A DNA stretch of 64,000 nucleotides from Vicugna vicugna (taxonomy: Eukaryota). The notes beneath the pieces were generated by a model that was not told where the DNA came from, searched no databases, and worked only from the letters and a program-made list of their open reading frames with translations. Positions within the stretch are counted from its first letter, which is position 1. Each line of letters starts with the position of its first letter. Both the position numbers and the translations under genes were made by a program. The stretch lies in assembly GCA_013265495.1 (NCBI GenBank), contig MU058781.1, positions 7,359,009 to 7,423,008 of the forward strand, given 5' to 3'. Below, piece by piece: positions 41,758 to 53,443 of the stretch.

Positions 41758-43529
41758 ACAGAGAAGGTCCTCTCTCCCTTTCAAGGCCCATGCCTTGAAA
41801 ATGCCTTGACTATGACTCACATAGTGTAGCAAACCTGGAAATAGACTAACAGGCCTTTGGTGGAGTCAAATTTTAAACTTTGAGATGTGAATGTTGCCAA
41901 TTTTCTGAAAGAATGAAATTTAACAAATTCATTGAGATAGAAAATATGGTTTTAACCTTTAAATAGACAATAGTGGTTTTGAAAGAGCAGGTGCCTTTTA
42001 AGAACCTGCTTCTGTTTTGAATGATAAAGACTGCTTATAATTCTATTAATACTAATGTTTGAATGATTCAGTTATCACTAATAGTAAAATTGCCCCATAA
42101 GATGTGTGAGTGTAAATCAATCTTTTTGTTATAACAAATGTGAAAAAAAAAAGCCCACATAGAATAAAATGGTTGTACTTGGGATTTTGTTCAAGGATGA
42201 AAACTAAATTAACAGTTACAGGAACAGAGCCAGGTGATAGGTAAAGAGGAAGAAACAACAAGAAAATGTAATAGTTATAGGAATAGAGTTAGATGATAGT
42301 GAAAGAGAATAAAAGAGCAAAGTGGCCCAAAATAAATGCATTCAAGACAAAATGGCCTAACATGGCCCTTTTCTCAGAGCTCCAAGTAAGAACCATTGCA
42401 CACAGTTGAGAATGAGGTTTCAAACCTCCTTCTCTTTGAGAAAAGAGCATTTAATGAGTGTCTGTAAGTGCGTTGCCCATGCTGTCTAACTTATTAATCG
42501 TTCCCCAAAGCCCGGAACATTCAGAGCTGCTTCCTTTTCTGAAAATAATTGTGGGTGTGTGCTTAGTTTGAGAAATTCTATGGCAAACACCAAAATTAAT
42601 AAAACAGAAAATATTTCAAAATGATGAAAGTGTTCTGATCACTTTCCTATCCCACCCTCAGAAGCAGCAGGAATCTATACTCAGCCTTAATAGTTATCAT
42701 CTAAGCACTATGAAATTTTTAATCATGATGGTTTGTAGGAAATACCATTAATATTTTTAGAAACAAGGAATATGTTTAACTCAAAAAAGCTCAATTTTGC
42801 CTTCTTTTCAAAAGCAGCAGCCTCTCTTTAATATAAGAAATTAAGTTTCTATGCCAAAAGCATGTTTGCAGGCTGATTCATTTGTTTTCCTCTGAAGCAT
42901 TTCTGAAAATACTTTCCTTTTTACTAATTGCTAATTAACTCGAATGCAGTCTTAATAGGGCTCTGTCTTAGTTCCTGCATAAATTCTTTGAGGGCTATCT
43001 GCTAAGTAACCCCAGAACTTATCAGATACCCACAAAGTTATTAGGGCTGAGAGAATTGCTTACATAATGTGAATAAAATTACTTTATGGGCTGATGTTAT
43101 AAATTATTGGTCCCCAAATCACCCTTTAAGAGGTATTCAAGAAGCTGCTATTTTATCTGAATATTTCATACACGAACATTTCATTCAGATGCATTCTAAT
43201 GCTACAGGACTAGGGACTTGAAACTCACTTTCAAGCAAGGAGTGTGGTTTAATGGGAAAAGACATCAAATTTATTATGGGTAAAGGGACATGAATCCAAG
43301 CGCCACCTCCCCCAGGCATTTGCTGAGTATGGTGGAGAGGGCACTGCCACACTGTACAACTCAAGGAGTATTTTCCCCGTTTTGGTCTTTATAAAAAACC
43401 TGCCCCACGAGGTAGCTGAGTTAGCAGTGGGTCTTTTCTCTGAGACTTTTTATCAGGCTAGTTTTTCCAGGCCTCCTTGGGAATTCTTGACACAGAATAT
43501 ACTCTCCACCCCAACTGTGTAATTTTATT

Positions 43530-44780
43530 TTTGTGACTTTTAATTTTAATATAATTTCAAACTTACAGAAAAATTGCAGATATAGCGCGAAACACGCCCT
43601 TATACCCCTCACTCAGACGTCCCAGTTACTGACATTTTATCACATTTGCTTTGTCATCTTCTCTCTTCCTTTCTCCTCCATTCTTATGTGTGCATAGACG
43701 TACATAAAAACAAATATGTATACTATTTTTCTGAACCATATGAGAGTAAGTTGAAACATGATGATTTACCACCAAATATCTTGGTGTGTATTAGCTAAGA
43801 AAGAAACAGTTCTTATATAGCTATGGTACAATCCTGAAAATTGTAACGTTAACATTTATAAAATACTAGTCTCTAATTCATGGATTATTCAAATTTAAGC
43901 TATTGTCTAATTTAAGACTTTTATAGAAAATAAAATTGTCGCCAGGATTCAATCGTGAGTTGTGTTTACTCTTGTCCACTGTACTCTGGAACAGTTCCTT
44001 GGTTTTTCTTTGCCTTGCATAAGCTTGACATAATTTTGTACAGCATCTCTCGACTTGTGTTTGTCTAATGTTCCCTCATTATTATAGTTAGATTTTTTTT
44101 GGCAAGATTCTCATGTAAGTGACACTATATTTTCAGCACACTGTATCAGGATGCACATGATACCAGTTTGAACTGTTACCGGTGATGGTAATTTTGATCA
44201 CTTGGTTAAAATAATGTCTAACACATTTACCCACTGTAAAGTTACTATTTTTCTTTATAATTAAAAGTATTTTGTGGGGAGATACTTTGAACCTGTGTAA
44301 ATATTCTGTTCCTCATTAAATTTTCACCCACTGGTTTGAACATCCATTGATGATTCTTGTCTGAAGCAGTTATTAATACAGTGGTTGCCAAATCATGCTT
44401 TTCTAATAAGTCTCCACATATTAGTTCTGAATACTATTTTCCAACGAAAGGAGCTTGGATCCTTGAAGAAAGGCTGATCTCAGGGCTAGTGATGAGAAAA
44501 TGCAAGATAAGCTTGGAGTATCCTGTGGAACAAGCATGGAGGTTCTCTAAAAACTATGAGAACATGTCAAAATGACATCAGAGCTGGCCTGAAGGAGCTC
44601 CAGTGGCTAAATCTTGGAAAATTAGGGCACCAGAAGAAGTGATATAATGTGTCATAACCCACTGAACAAAGCAGGACTAGTAATGTAAGAATTCATGGGT
44701 CGGTACTGGATGAATGAATGAATGAAACGTTTGTAAATAGAAAGCTCTTTCTTGAGTAGAATGCCAGTTTTCCTTCTAGG
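43530..44780. mobile_element. Old L1M 3' fragments (minus to ~44400, then a plus-oriented L1MC-like piece)
   Basis: ataatttcaaacttacagaaaaattgca...tttgatcacttggttaa...tttgtggggagatactttga; 44430-44700 resembles 9030-9250. Confidence 0.65.
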
Positions 44781-45431
44781 GAATCATTCTTTGAAGGGAG
44801 TGTGTTATCATTAAAACTCTACTCCATAAGCCGGAACTTTATTCCAACATACTCTTCCTGAGAGACATAGGAACATGGGGTTCTCCAGAGGTGTCTTTGC
44901 TTTGGGAAGAACAGTGAGCCATCTGTTGTCAGTCCCTGGGAGCATGGCACAGCAAAATACTTCAGCGTTTTTTTGATGACCAGACTAAGACTCCTAGTTT
45001 TATTCTTCCAATGAGAGCTGCTGATGAGTGTGTTTGATAAAACTACCAAGAGGTCATTTTAAAAGATCACTATGGATTCCTCCTCACCTGTGGACAGGTA
45101 AAATGCCTGTCTTCCCACTAGTCAGAACCCTAGCTGTGACTTAGTGTTTGCTGTTGACAGATCTGTCTTGCATATTTTGGAGCTTGGGGTAGGAGGCCCA
45201 CCTATTATATGTCTAAATATTTTAAAAGTTGAGTATCTACTTTTATTTACATATAAGATTTGCTAAGTAAAATATATTCTGTCACCCTACCCTGAAAAAT
45301 ACACCATCAGAATTACAAATAAAAGTATCAATGTATGGCTTTCATATGACTAAAAATTAGCTAAAAAGCAAAGCTGGCTGAATTTTATTATTAATGCACA
45401 TATCTGAGTGTTCTCTTATTGTACAGTGGTG

Positions 45432-45920
45432 TTTCCCCAAGAAAACAGGCCTCGAGGAAAGAAGTTCGGTGCAGGTAGCTTATTTAGGAAGTTACCCTAA
45501 AAAGCACAAGGGAGAGAGTAGGGAAATTGAGGTAGGAAAAGGAGGAAAGCCGACAAGTGTGTGTTAGTGAACAACTTACCACTGTGGAGAACTGGGCCTC
45601 AGTCCTCCTTGGAGGAGTATCTTTTAAAAACCAACTTTGCCTTAGGACACGGCCATGATGAAGTTATTTCTCTTTAATATGTAGTTCAATTACAGGAAAT
45701 TAATTTCCTATGCTGAAAGCATGTTTGCAGGTTGATTAGTTTATTTTCCTCTGAAGCATTTCGGAAATAATTTCTCCTTTCTAATGATAGCTGATTAACC
45801 TGAATGCATTTTCATTAGTGCCCTTCATTAGTCTGGTCCACACCCAAGAATTGTTGCACAGTGAGATGGGGAAGCTGGGGGAATTTATGCATTGACTCTG
45901 ACCTTCTTTGATGATCACCT
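45432..45920 (-). mobile_element. ERVL LTR (LTR16-like) split by a ~200-bp insertion
   Basis: gcaggtagcttatttaggaag...ttaccactgtggagaactggg (to ~45615), resuming at cacacccaagaattgt...ggggaagctgggggaatttatgca (~45840). Confidence 0.65.
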
Positions 45921-46583
45921 CTAAAGGCATACATTGATACTTTTGGGGCAAAATGAAGTTGATAGCCTGGGAGACAGCCTCTGAGCTCTGAGGAACTGCT
46001 TGGAAGAGGTGTGGGGGAGGTCGGTACACTCTTCTCTTGTTGCCTGAGGGCCAGGGGCCAGGAGCCAGCAGGTCCCAGGGTAGAGTCTGGCCTGTGTTTG
46101 TGGATTCCTTCCACAGGCTTTGGGATTGTTGTTTTCTTATTTCTGGGATCTGCCCCCTGGTGGATGAAGCTGGACTAGGGCTTAAGCAGGTTTCCGGGCA
46201 GGAGGAATCAGTGCCTACCCACTGCTGGGTGAAGCTTGGTCCTGGACCTCTGGTAGGTAGGGCCGTGTCTAGAGGCCTCTGTGGCTCAGGAAGTCGGCTG
46301 ATGGGTGGGGCTGTGTTTCCACTCAGTTTGTTATTTGGCTGGAGGCTTCCCAGCCCTTAAGCCTCCAGGCTGTTGGGTGGAGCTAGGTCTTGGTGCTAAT
46401 GATCCATCAAGATGATAGCCTGCAGGAAAGCTCATGTAAATAAACACTCCCAGAATGTCTGCCACCAGCTTTTATATCCCCAAGGTGAGCCACAGCTGTC
46501 CCCTACCTCCCTAGGAAAACTTCAAAACCAGCAGGCAGGTCTGGCCCAGGTTCCTATGAAATCACTGCCTCTGCCCTTCACGC

Positions 46584-47161
46584 TGTTACCAGGAAAAGGA
46601 AAATAAGAATTACCTCGGTTCTTAGTCACCCGAAAAAAGATTTTTGAGGAGAGACAGAAAGCGTGATATAAGTAAGATTTTTAAAGTTTTTTGTTTTAGT
46701 TTTATTTTAATATTTTATTTATTTATTTTTTGCTTTTTGTTTTGTTTTCAGGGGAAGGTACTTATTTTTTAATGGAGGTACTAGGGATTGAACCCAGGAC
46801 CTCATTGCTAAGCACACACTCTACCACTGAGCTGTACCCTCCCCTCAGATTTTTATTAGTGAAGTAAAAGAAAAATAGTGAAAGATAGTACACCTGAGAA
46901 TTGGTAGCGGGCCAATCCAAGAGAGGAGAAATGGCACCATTCCCTCGTTTTTCTTGTTTTTGTATCCGAGTTTCGTGATTGATTGGTTAATTGATTGATT
47001 GACTGATTGATACAACTCAGGTTCCCTGCACTCTGGTTAATTGACAGCTCAGGTTCCTTGTGTTCTGGTTAATTGACAGCTCAGGTCCTTGTGTTCTGGA
47101 TTGTTCCTTTCCCCTTCCTCTCCCCCTGCCCAGTGCTCATTTCTATCTAAACTGCCTAACA
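46584..47161. mobile_element. ERV solo LTR inserted in the L1 5'UTR
   Basis: tgtta...taaca inverted termini; flanks acgc (46580-46583) and acgt (47162-47165) as probable 4-bp TSD; internal ~32-bp tandem repeat at ~47016-47099. Confidence 0.75.
46684..46846 (-). mobile_element. tRNA-derived SINE, Vic-1 type (camelid)
   Basis: Reverse complement ggggagggtacagctcagtggtagagtgtgtgcttagc...gaggtcctgggttcaatccctagtacctcc has A and B boxes plus an A-rich tail; TSD agattttta at 46675 and 46847. Confidence 0.85.
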
Positions 47162-47580
47162 ACGTGAGATTCTGTGTACGCTTCCCAAGATAATTAAGTC
47201 TCTGCTTCTCCCAGCCCCCCAGGGCTCCTGGAGTTAAGCCCCACTGGCCTTCAAAACCAGATACACCAGGGTCTCCTCCCAATGCTGGAATTCCGGGCTG
47301 GGGACCTGACGTAGGGCTCAGAACTCTCACTCCTGTGGGAGAGCCTCCCTGACTTAATTATTCTTCAGCAGGTGGGTCATCCATCTGATGGGTATGGGGC
47401 CCAATTACATCATGAGCCCACCTCCTTCCCGCTGTGGTTCTCTTTTTGTTTCTAGTTGAGGAAGATCTTTTTTGGCAGGTTCCAGTTTTTTTTCCGATGG
47501 TTTTTCAGCAGTTGTGGTTTGGTTGTAGTCGTGAGAAGAAGCGAGGTCCTACCACTCTGCCATCTTGGTCAGAAATCCCA

Positions 47581-47770
47581 GGGCTACAGGGCAGCCGCAT
47601 AGAAGGGGGAGTCCTGAGAAGGGAAGCGGGCGGAAGAGGCGGGGCGGTCCAGGCATGCGCATGCGGCAGCTCCTACTTCTCGCGAGGAAGAGCTGGTGCG
47701 AGCCCTGCCCTCCGGCTCCGCGCGCAGCGGGACGCTGAGCCACGGCGCTGCCCGCCGCTTTTCCTGCCTG
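47581..47770. promoter_or_regulatory. Compact CpG-rich promoter-like cassette
   Basis: About 20 CpGs in 190 bp (hand count); GGGCGG at 47628 and 47642, CGGAAG at 47631, TGCGCATGCG at 47656-47665 (NRF1), TCTCGCGAG at 47678-47686 (BANP-type). Confidence 0.65.
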
Positions 47771-48250
47771 GTAGTATATTTTTAAGAAGTTTGGTTGTAA
47801 AAAGGAAGAGAGTGATAGTGAGGTTGCTGGGGAGGAGTGCCAGCAGAAGGAAAAAATTTTCTGAGATAGCCATGTCCTGAGCATGTTAAATGTTGATGAG
47901 AAGCCAATACAGAGGAAGAGGCAGTGGCTAAAGATACAAAAATGAGAAGATAATAGAGTAAACAGGCCTCTGCGAAGATGGGAGAGACTGCGAGCCAGGT
48001 AAGCCTTCGATGGAAAATAGGGGGAGAAGTTGCGTGTGGTTGAAGGGACATCTGTGTAGCCGGCGTTTAATGGCTTTTGATGATGAGGCCTATTTCACTG
48101 TGAGGTGGAGTGAGCTTGTCTGCTCAGACTGAGACTGGAGATGGTGGGATTGGAGATTGAAGATGTGGAGACAAAAAGCTTGTGAGCGTCTGTGGGGGCC
48201 CTGACTAGAAAAAAATGGATTTATGTGCAACATGGAGAGTACATTTGAGA
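47771..48250 (-). mobile_element. L2 fragment
   Basis: tttttaagaagtttggttgtaaaaaggaagagagtgatag...gagcatgttaaatgttgatgagaa, antisense L2. Confidence 0.6.
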
Positions 48251-48559
48251 TGAGAAAAAATAACTAAATGTTTATGCTGGCTGTTTAATACAGAATTATT
48301 TTACGGGAAAATATACTTTCATGAGTAATTTATACACACTTAGTCACATCCAAAGAAAGTGTTGGCTTGTGTATCCCTAACTTGTGTTAGGGGTCTCGGT
48401 TTATCTAATGACAGCTACCTGAATTGAAGAGAAAACGCCTGGAAAGAAAGAATCTGAATCAGTAAGGCTTGCTCATTTAAACCCTAACAGGAAAAGTGTG
48501 GGAATAGCACAAATGTGAACTTAAGAGGTGGAGTACTTAGTTTCATAATAAACATTTAA

Positions 48560-48800
48560 AATTTAAATGAGTGTTCACCGGTTTAGAAATTGTACTTTGG
48601 AAATACTTTAGTTACCGTTGCTGCCATGGGAATTTCTCGGTGAAAAGACTGAACCGGCAATTACAAACTTTACAGATGAGGAATGCACGTGTCCCCTGCC
48701 TGGTATTTGTTGCAATTGCCCTTTATTCAATCACCCACAGCTGGAGTAATTGTATCTTTAGGTACAAGTTAATGGGATAATTAGGCAAACACGCTCAAAC
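48560..48800. promoter_or_regulatory. Candidate conserved non-coding element
   Basis: Unique, CpG-retaining sequence with E-boxes CACGTG and CAGCTG, TTTATT and TAATTA cores; conservation not tested. Confidence 0.35.
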
Positions 48801-49844
48801 GTGTATACTATGAGGAAATGGATGACTGCTGTCTCCCAGCCTCCTGTTGTACACTGTGCTGGTGCAACCTGTTCTTCATTTCTATGGGCAATAAAGTAGG
48901 AGATGGATTAGCTGCAAGTGATTTCGTCTGTCTGTAAGGGAAAGTGTGGTTTGATTTAAGTGATTTTTTTAAGAGGCAGCTACTGGAATAACTAGCTAGA
49001 TTTGAAATGGGTGAGGATGCCTGCTTCACAAGCCAGTGTAATTTGGCCCTAGTACTTCATAGAGTCCTTTGAATGCCATTTTCTTCCTAGTTTATTAATA
49101 CAGTGCTCATCCATGAAATGTTTTTGTCATAGGCCTTACAGAGAAAATATATGATGGTATGATGTCATGGAGGAACGTAATAGGAAGCATATATGCAGCA
49201 GTGATGTCCCAAATAAAGTAAAGCTCATGAAGTAGGAAAGGTCTACAACGCTGTCTTCTGAAAACTAATGTACCTTGATTTTTTTTTTTTCATGGTTATT
49301 TCTACACATTCTCACTGGCTAGTTCTCTGTGTTATGGGGTATCTTGGGAAATCTGGTGACTGACTTCCAGAAAGAGACCTACTTGAGGTGCACAAATATA
49401 CATAAGGGAACAGAGACCTGGCATGACTTACCTTAATATGCCTTTTCTACTGAACCCCGCCCTCTCCTTCCCTGTTTCACGATCCCGCTATGAGGATCAT
49501 AAAGGTGTCTTGCCTCTAAGTGACCACAGCTGATTTTACTGCTATGTTAAAGGCTGTTGCTTGTTTACCTTGTTCTGTTACCATAGATCTGCTTATCAGA
49601 TGAACCTGTTGAGTGCGCGTGTATGGGACTTTAGTATGGAACGGAGAGGGGAGTCTGATAATTGATAACAAGTTCTGTTAAGGAAGAGTGCTGAGATATG
49701 ATATCAAGCTAATTATGTTCTGGAACAAGCATTTGGGTGACCAGTTCGGCACTGTATGCAACTTTCATATATTTGGCTCTGCCTAGGATCCGTTTCACTT
49801 TTGCAAGCATACAGTCAATTCAAATGAGAACAGTTTATTATTTT

Positions 49845-51420
49845 TTGAAGTCATCTTTTTATTTTAGAACAGTTTTAAATTTATAGGGTTACTGTGAAGC
49901 TAGTACAGTGAGTTCTCTTACACCTATACTCCGTTTCCTCTATTAACATCTTACATAAGTGTATTATATACGTAACTGTATAACTGTTACAATTGATGAA
50001 ACAATAATGATACATTAATATTAACTAAAGTATGTAATTTATTCAGATTTCTTCAGCTTTTTCCTGTTTTTTTTTTCTTTTTCCCTGTTCCAGGATCCCA
50101 TCGAGGGTACCACATTGCACTTAGTTGTCATGTCTCCTTTGGCTTCTCTTGGTTATGACAGCTTATCAGACTTTTCTTGTTTTTAATTGATCTTGACAGT
50201 TTTTCAGAGAAATGGTCAAGGACTTTGTAGGATGTCTCTCAATTGGGAGTTGTCTGATACTTTTCTCATGATTAAACTGGGGTTATAGATTTGGGGGAAG
50301 AAATCCACAGAGATGAAGAAGTGTCATTCTTCGCACATTATGCCAAGGGTGCACATTATCAATATAACTTGCCACCATTGATATTGACCTTGATCACCTG
50401 GCTGGAAGTAGTGTTTTTCAAATTCTCCACTATAAAGTTATTCTCTCCCACCCCCTTCTCACTGTATTCTTTGGAATAAAGTCACTGTGCACAGTTTACA
50501 CTTAAAGAGTGGGGGTTTATGCTCTATATCCTGAAGTACAGAAGAGCTACATAAATTATTTGGAATTCTGCATGGGAATACTTGTCAATCCTCCCCCACT
50601 TATTTATTCAATCATTTATATCCATCGAAACTCTTGGATATTTATTTTATACTTTGGATTATGGTCCAATACTACTTTATTTTCTTGCTCAAATTGTTCC
50701 ATCTTTGGCGATTGGGCGTTCTTTCAGTTGATTCCTGTGTTCCTTTGATACACTCCCATTATTGTGGAGGCTTTTATATTTGTTAGTTTGTTTTCAGTGC
50801 TTTCTAACATTTTGACACTATCATGTGTCTTTCCTTCCCCAGTCTTAGAAAGCCATTTTTTCAAGAAGCCGTTTAGTGGAGAATGGTACTGGAAACACAG
50901 ATTTACGCACTAGGTGTGCTTGTTGCTACTGGGATGTCATTGCTTCTAGGCTTTTTCAGCTGTCAAAGCAGGAAGTATGTATTGGTATAGTTTACATACA
51001 TGTGTGTATATATCTGTGCACACATATAGTAGGTGTATATAATATATGCATACGTGCACCTGTGTCTATAGGTACACATTTCTATAAATATTTCTGTACA
51101 TAACCACCTGTATCTGAGATCATACTAGTGTCTTCAACTCTAGTCTACTACACCACATAGGTCTCTCTAGCATCCTCCTCTTTCTTATTTGTAGCCTCCC
51201 ATTCCAACAGAGAAACCTGACTCCCACTGTCCACCGCTTAGTTACTTGGTTGTTCAATTTCAGTCTTTATGTATTAAAGTACCAGAATTGTTAACCTATA
51301 CTCCAGTTAGAAAAGCCTCATGACTCAAAGTACAGTGGTTGTGTGCAGTATCTTTGCCTTAATTCTTACAGACTCAATTCATGTCTAAAGCCATTTAGAA
51401 TAGTACCTTACTCTCACCCT
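49845..51420 (-). mobile_element. Old L1MC/MD-type 3' region
   Basis: tttagaacagttttaaatttatagg...ctgttccaggatccca...ccttgatcacctggctgg...tttggaattctgcatggga. Confidence 0.75.
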
Positions 51421-51580
51421 TTCTATGTAACATTGAGTGTCAGAGTAATTGATACTCTGTCAGGAAGATTGTTCTAAGCTTAATACTTAAAACTTTCAGA
51501 AGTTGCCCTCCTTGATTAGATGCTTATACCGCATCATGATCACACTGCCCATCTCAGATATCCTTCATCTTTGCTTTCTG

Positions 51581-51713
51581 ACTATTCAGTAGCCAGTGAT
51601 ATTTGAGGGTAGCCAGAAAGGAAGTGTAATGTTTCTGTCTCATCTTACTATTCAGTAGCCAGTGATATTTGAGGGTAGCCAGAAAGGAAGTGTAATGTTT
51701 CTGTCTTGTCTTA
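51581..51713. repeat. 66-bp tandem duplication
   Basis: actattcagtagccagtgatatttgagggtagccagaaaggaagtgtaatgtttctgtct at 51581 and 51647. Confidence 0.95.
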
Positions 51714-53223
51714 GGTTATTCCCATGATCACATTGAATTTAGATCATTCCTAATATGGCAAACCTCAAGTCACTGGGAAAGAATACCTTTCAAAATAAGC
51801 AAGAACTACTGTTACATTGTTTAGAGTCTTTGCTGCGTTTTCAGCTTTGTTTCCTTTTTTCTATACAGTCTTTGTCAATTGACTAATGTCTATTTTCGAT
51901 GACCTAGGAATACTGCTAAACATAAATATTTGAGAGAAATATAAATTGAATAAAACGTGAAGGTCAAAATTTCTTGCTGCCATCTCAGATGTCTCATATC
52001 TACAGTGATGTGAGAAACCAAAGACCAAATCATGGAAATAGCTAGTATAAACCTTTTAGGTCATTCACTGAGAAATGTGATAAAGATAATTTGGTGAGTA
52101 TGGTATTGGACCAACATAAGCAGAGCTACTTCAGATAAATACTTGGAACCTCACTTTACTTCAGTTTCTATTTTAGCCAGACCAGAGCAATAACATGGGT
52201 ACCCATGATTAATCAATTAAAATATAGAAATTTAGCTATTATCTGTTTCTAAAGGTCATACTGTATTGAGATGCTTAAATTGGACTTGAAATTAATGGTT
52301 GTCTGAAATTCTTCTAAATAAACCATCTTCTAAGTGCTTTGCTAGAGAACACTAATTTTTTTAAAAAATGGGGTTCTTGTGAGTGTCTTTCTAACTGCAG
52401 GTGGAGGCAATGTTCTACTACAGAAGATTGCTATTTTATTTTGCAGTTTTGAAGATACGGAGCCAAGAGCTGCTTGCAGTGCTAGCTTTACAGCAGTTCA
52501 TTCAAGAAACTTAGCTTCCAGTCCTGAGGCCTTTTATATAGAAAGCTTGACGTGAACATCATCTTGACATCTGGACATTCTGTTCCAGTTCCAAGTCTAT
52601 TATTGCAGCTGTCACCCTGGCAAAAAGTAAAGTCAATGCTAGATTAGCCAGAAAGGGTGCCAAGGCTATTTTGATTGGACAAGAGAGAAGATGGAATGGA
52701 ATTATAGTTCAGAATGAGCTGTCTAGATTTAAATTTGTAACCAACTTCCTATTTCCCATTCTTGTACTTTGTAAGGCTATAAGTTTTTATCAACTTTCAT
52801 AACAGTGCACAAACAGAAGATATGATGAACACTTATGTTGGTGGTTAAGTCACAAAGAGGACTGGGCATAGTAAAACGTTTAAAGACCCAGAGAGCCTCT
52901 CATTGCTGCAGACCTCAATCCCGATATTCATACAGAGAAGGAAGATACACAGAGGCAGGGATTTAGCCATCACAGGAGAAGTGCATCACAGGGAGCACCA
53001 TCAATGGGAGAAAGGATTAAAAGCAGGAGAATTATGGCAGGAGCTGGATGAAGGCAGCTTCCTGGAATAGGGAAGGTATTCCATGGTTAGGCCCCACTTT
53101 CCTGTCTCTCTCTCCTTTATGCTGAGTCCATGCAGTCATGAAAAGGAGGGTGGGACCTAAGCAGAAAAGGTGACTGGAGTATCATCCTAGCAGAAATGAG
53201 AGTTGTGGTTTATATGTCTCATG

Positions 53224-53443
53224 TAGGGTTTCTCTGCCACAGTGGCACTATTCATATTTTGGGCCAGATACCTCTCTGTTGTGGGGGACTGTTCTGTGTT
53301 TCGTAGGATGTTTATAGAAGCATCCCTGGATTCTAACCACTGGATACCGGTGGTTCTTGCCAGTTGTGACAACCAAAAATGTTTCCAGAGCTTGCCAAAT
53401 GTCCTCTGGGAGACAAAATTTTCCCCCAAATGAGAACCCCTGG
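53224..53443. mobile_element. MER20
   Basis: ttgtgggggactgttctgtgtttcgtaggatgttta...ccagttgtgacaaccaaaaatgtttccaga...tgagaacccctg. Confidence 0.9.

Larger units (their letters stand above)
46035..47578 (-). mobile_element. L1 5'UTR region (5' end near 47578), interrupted by a solo LTR
   Basis: Minus strand begins ggatttctgaccaagatggcagagtggtaggacc (YY1 motif typical of an L1 5' end); L1 5'UTR-like ctcagaactctcactcctgtgggagagcctc and atctgccccctggtggatgaagctgg. Confidence 0.75.

Noticed and set aside
46770..46844. tRNA-like sequence with A and B boxes
   Set aside because: SINE head with A-rich tail and TSD; degenerate anticodon arm
47434..48051. Four overlapping ORFs of up to 148 aa across the CpG cassette
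   Set aside because: High GC suppresses stop codons; they span L1, cassette and L2 junctions and resemble no protein I recognise
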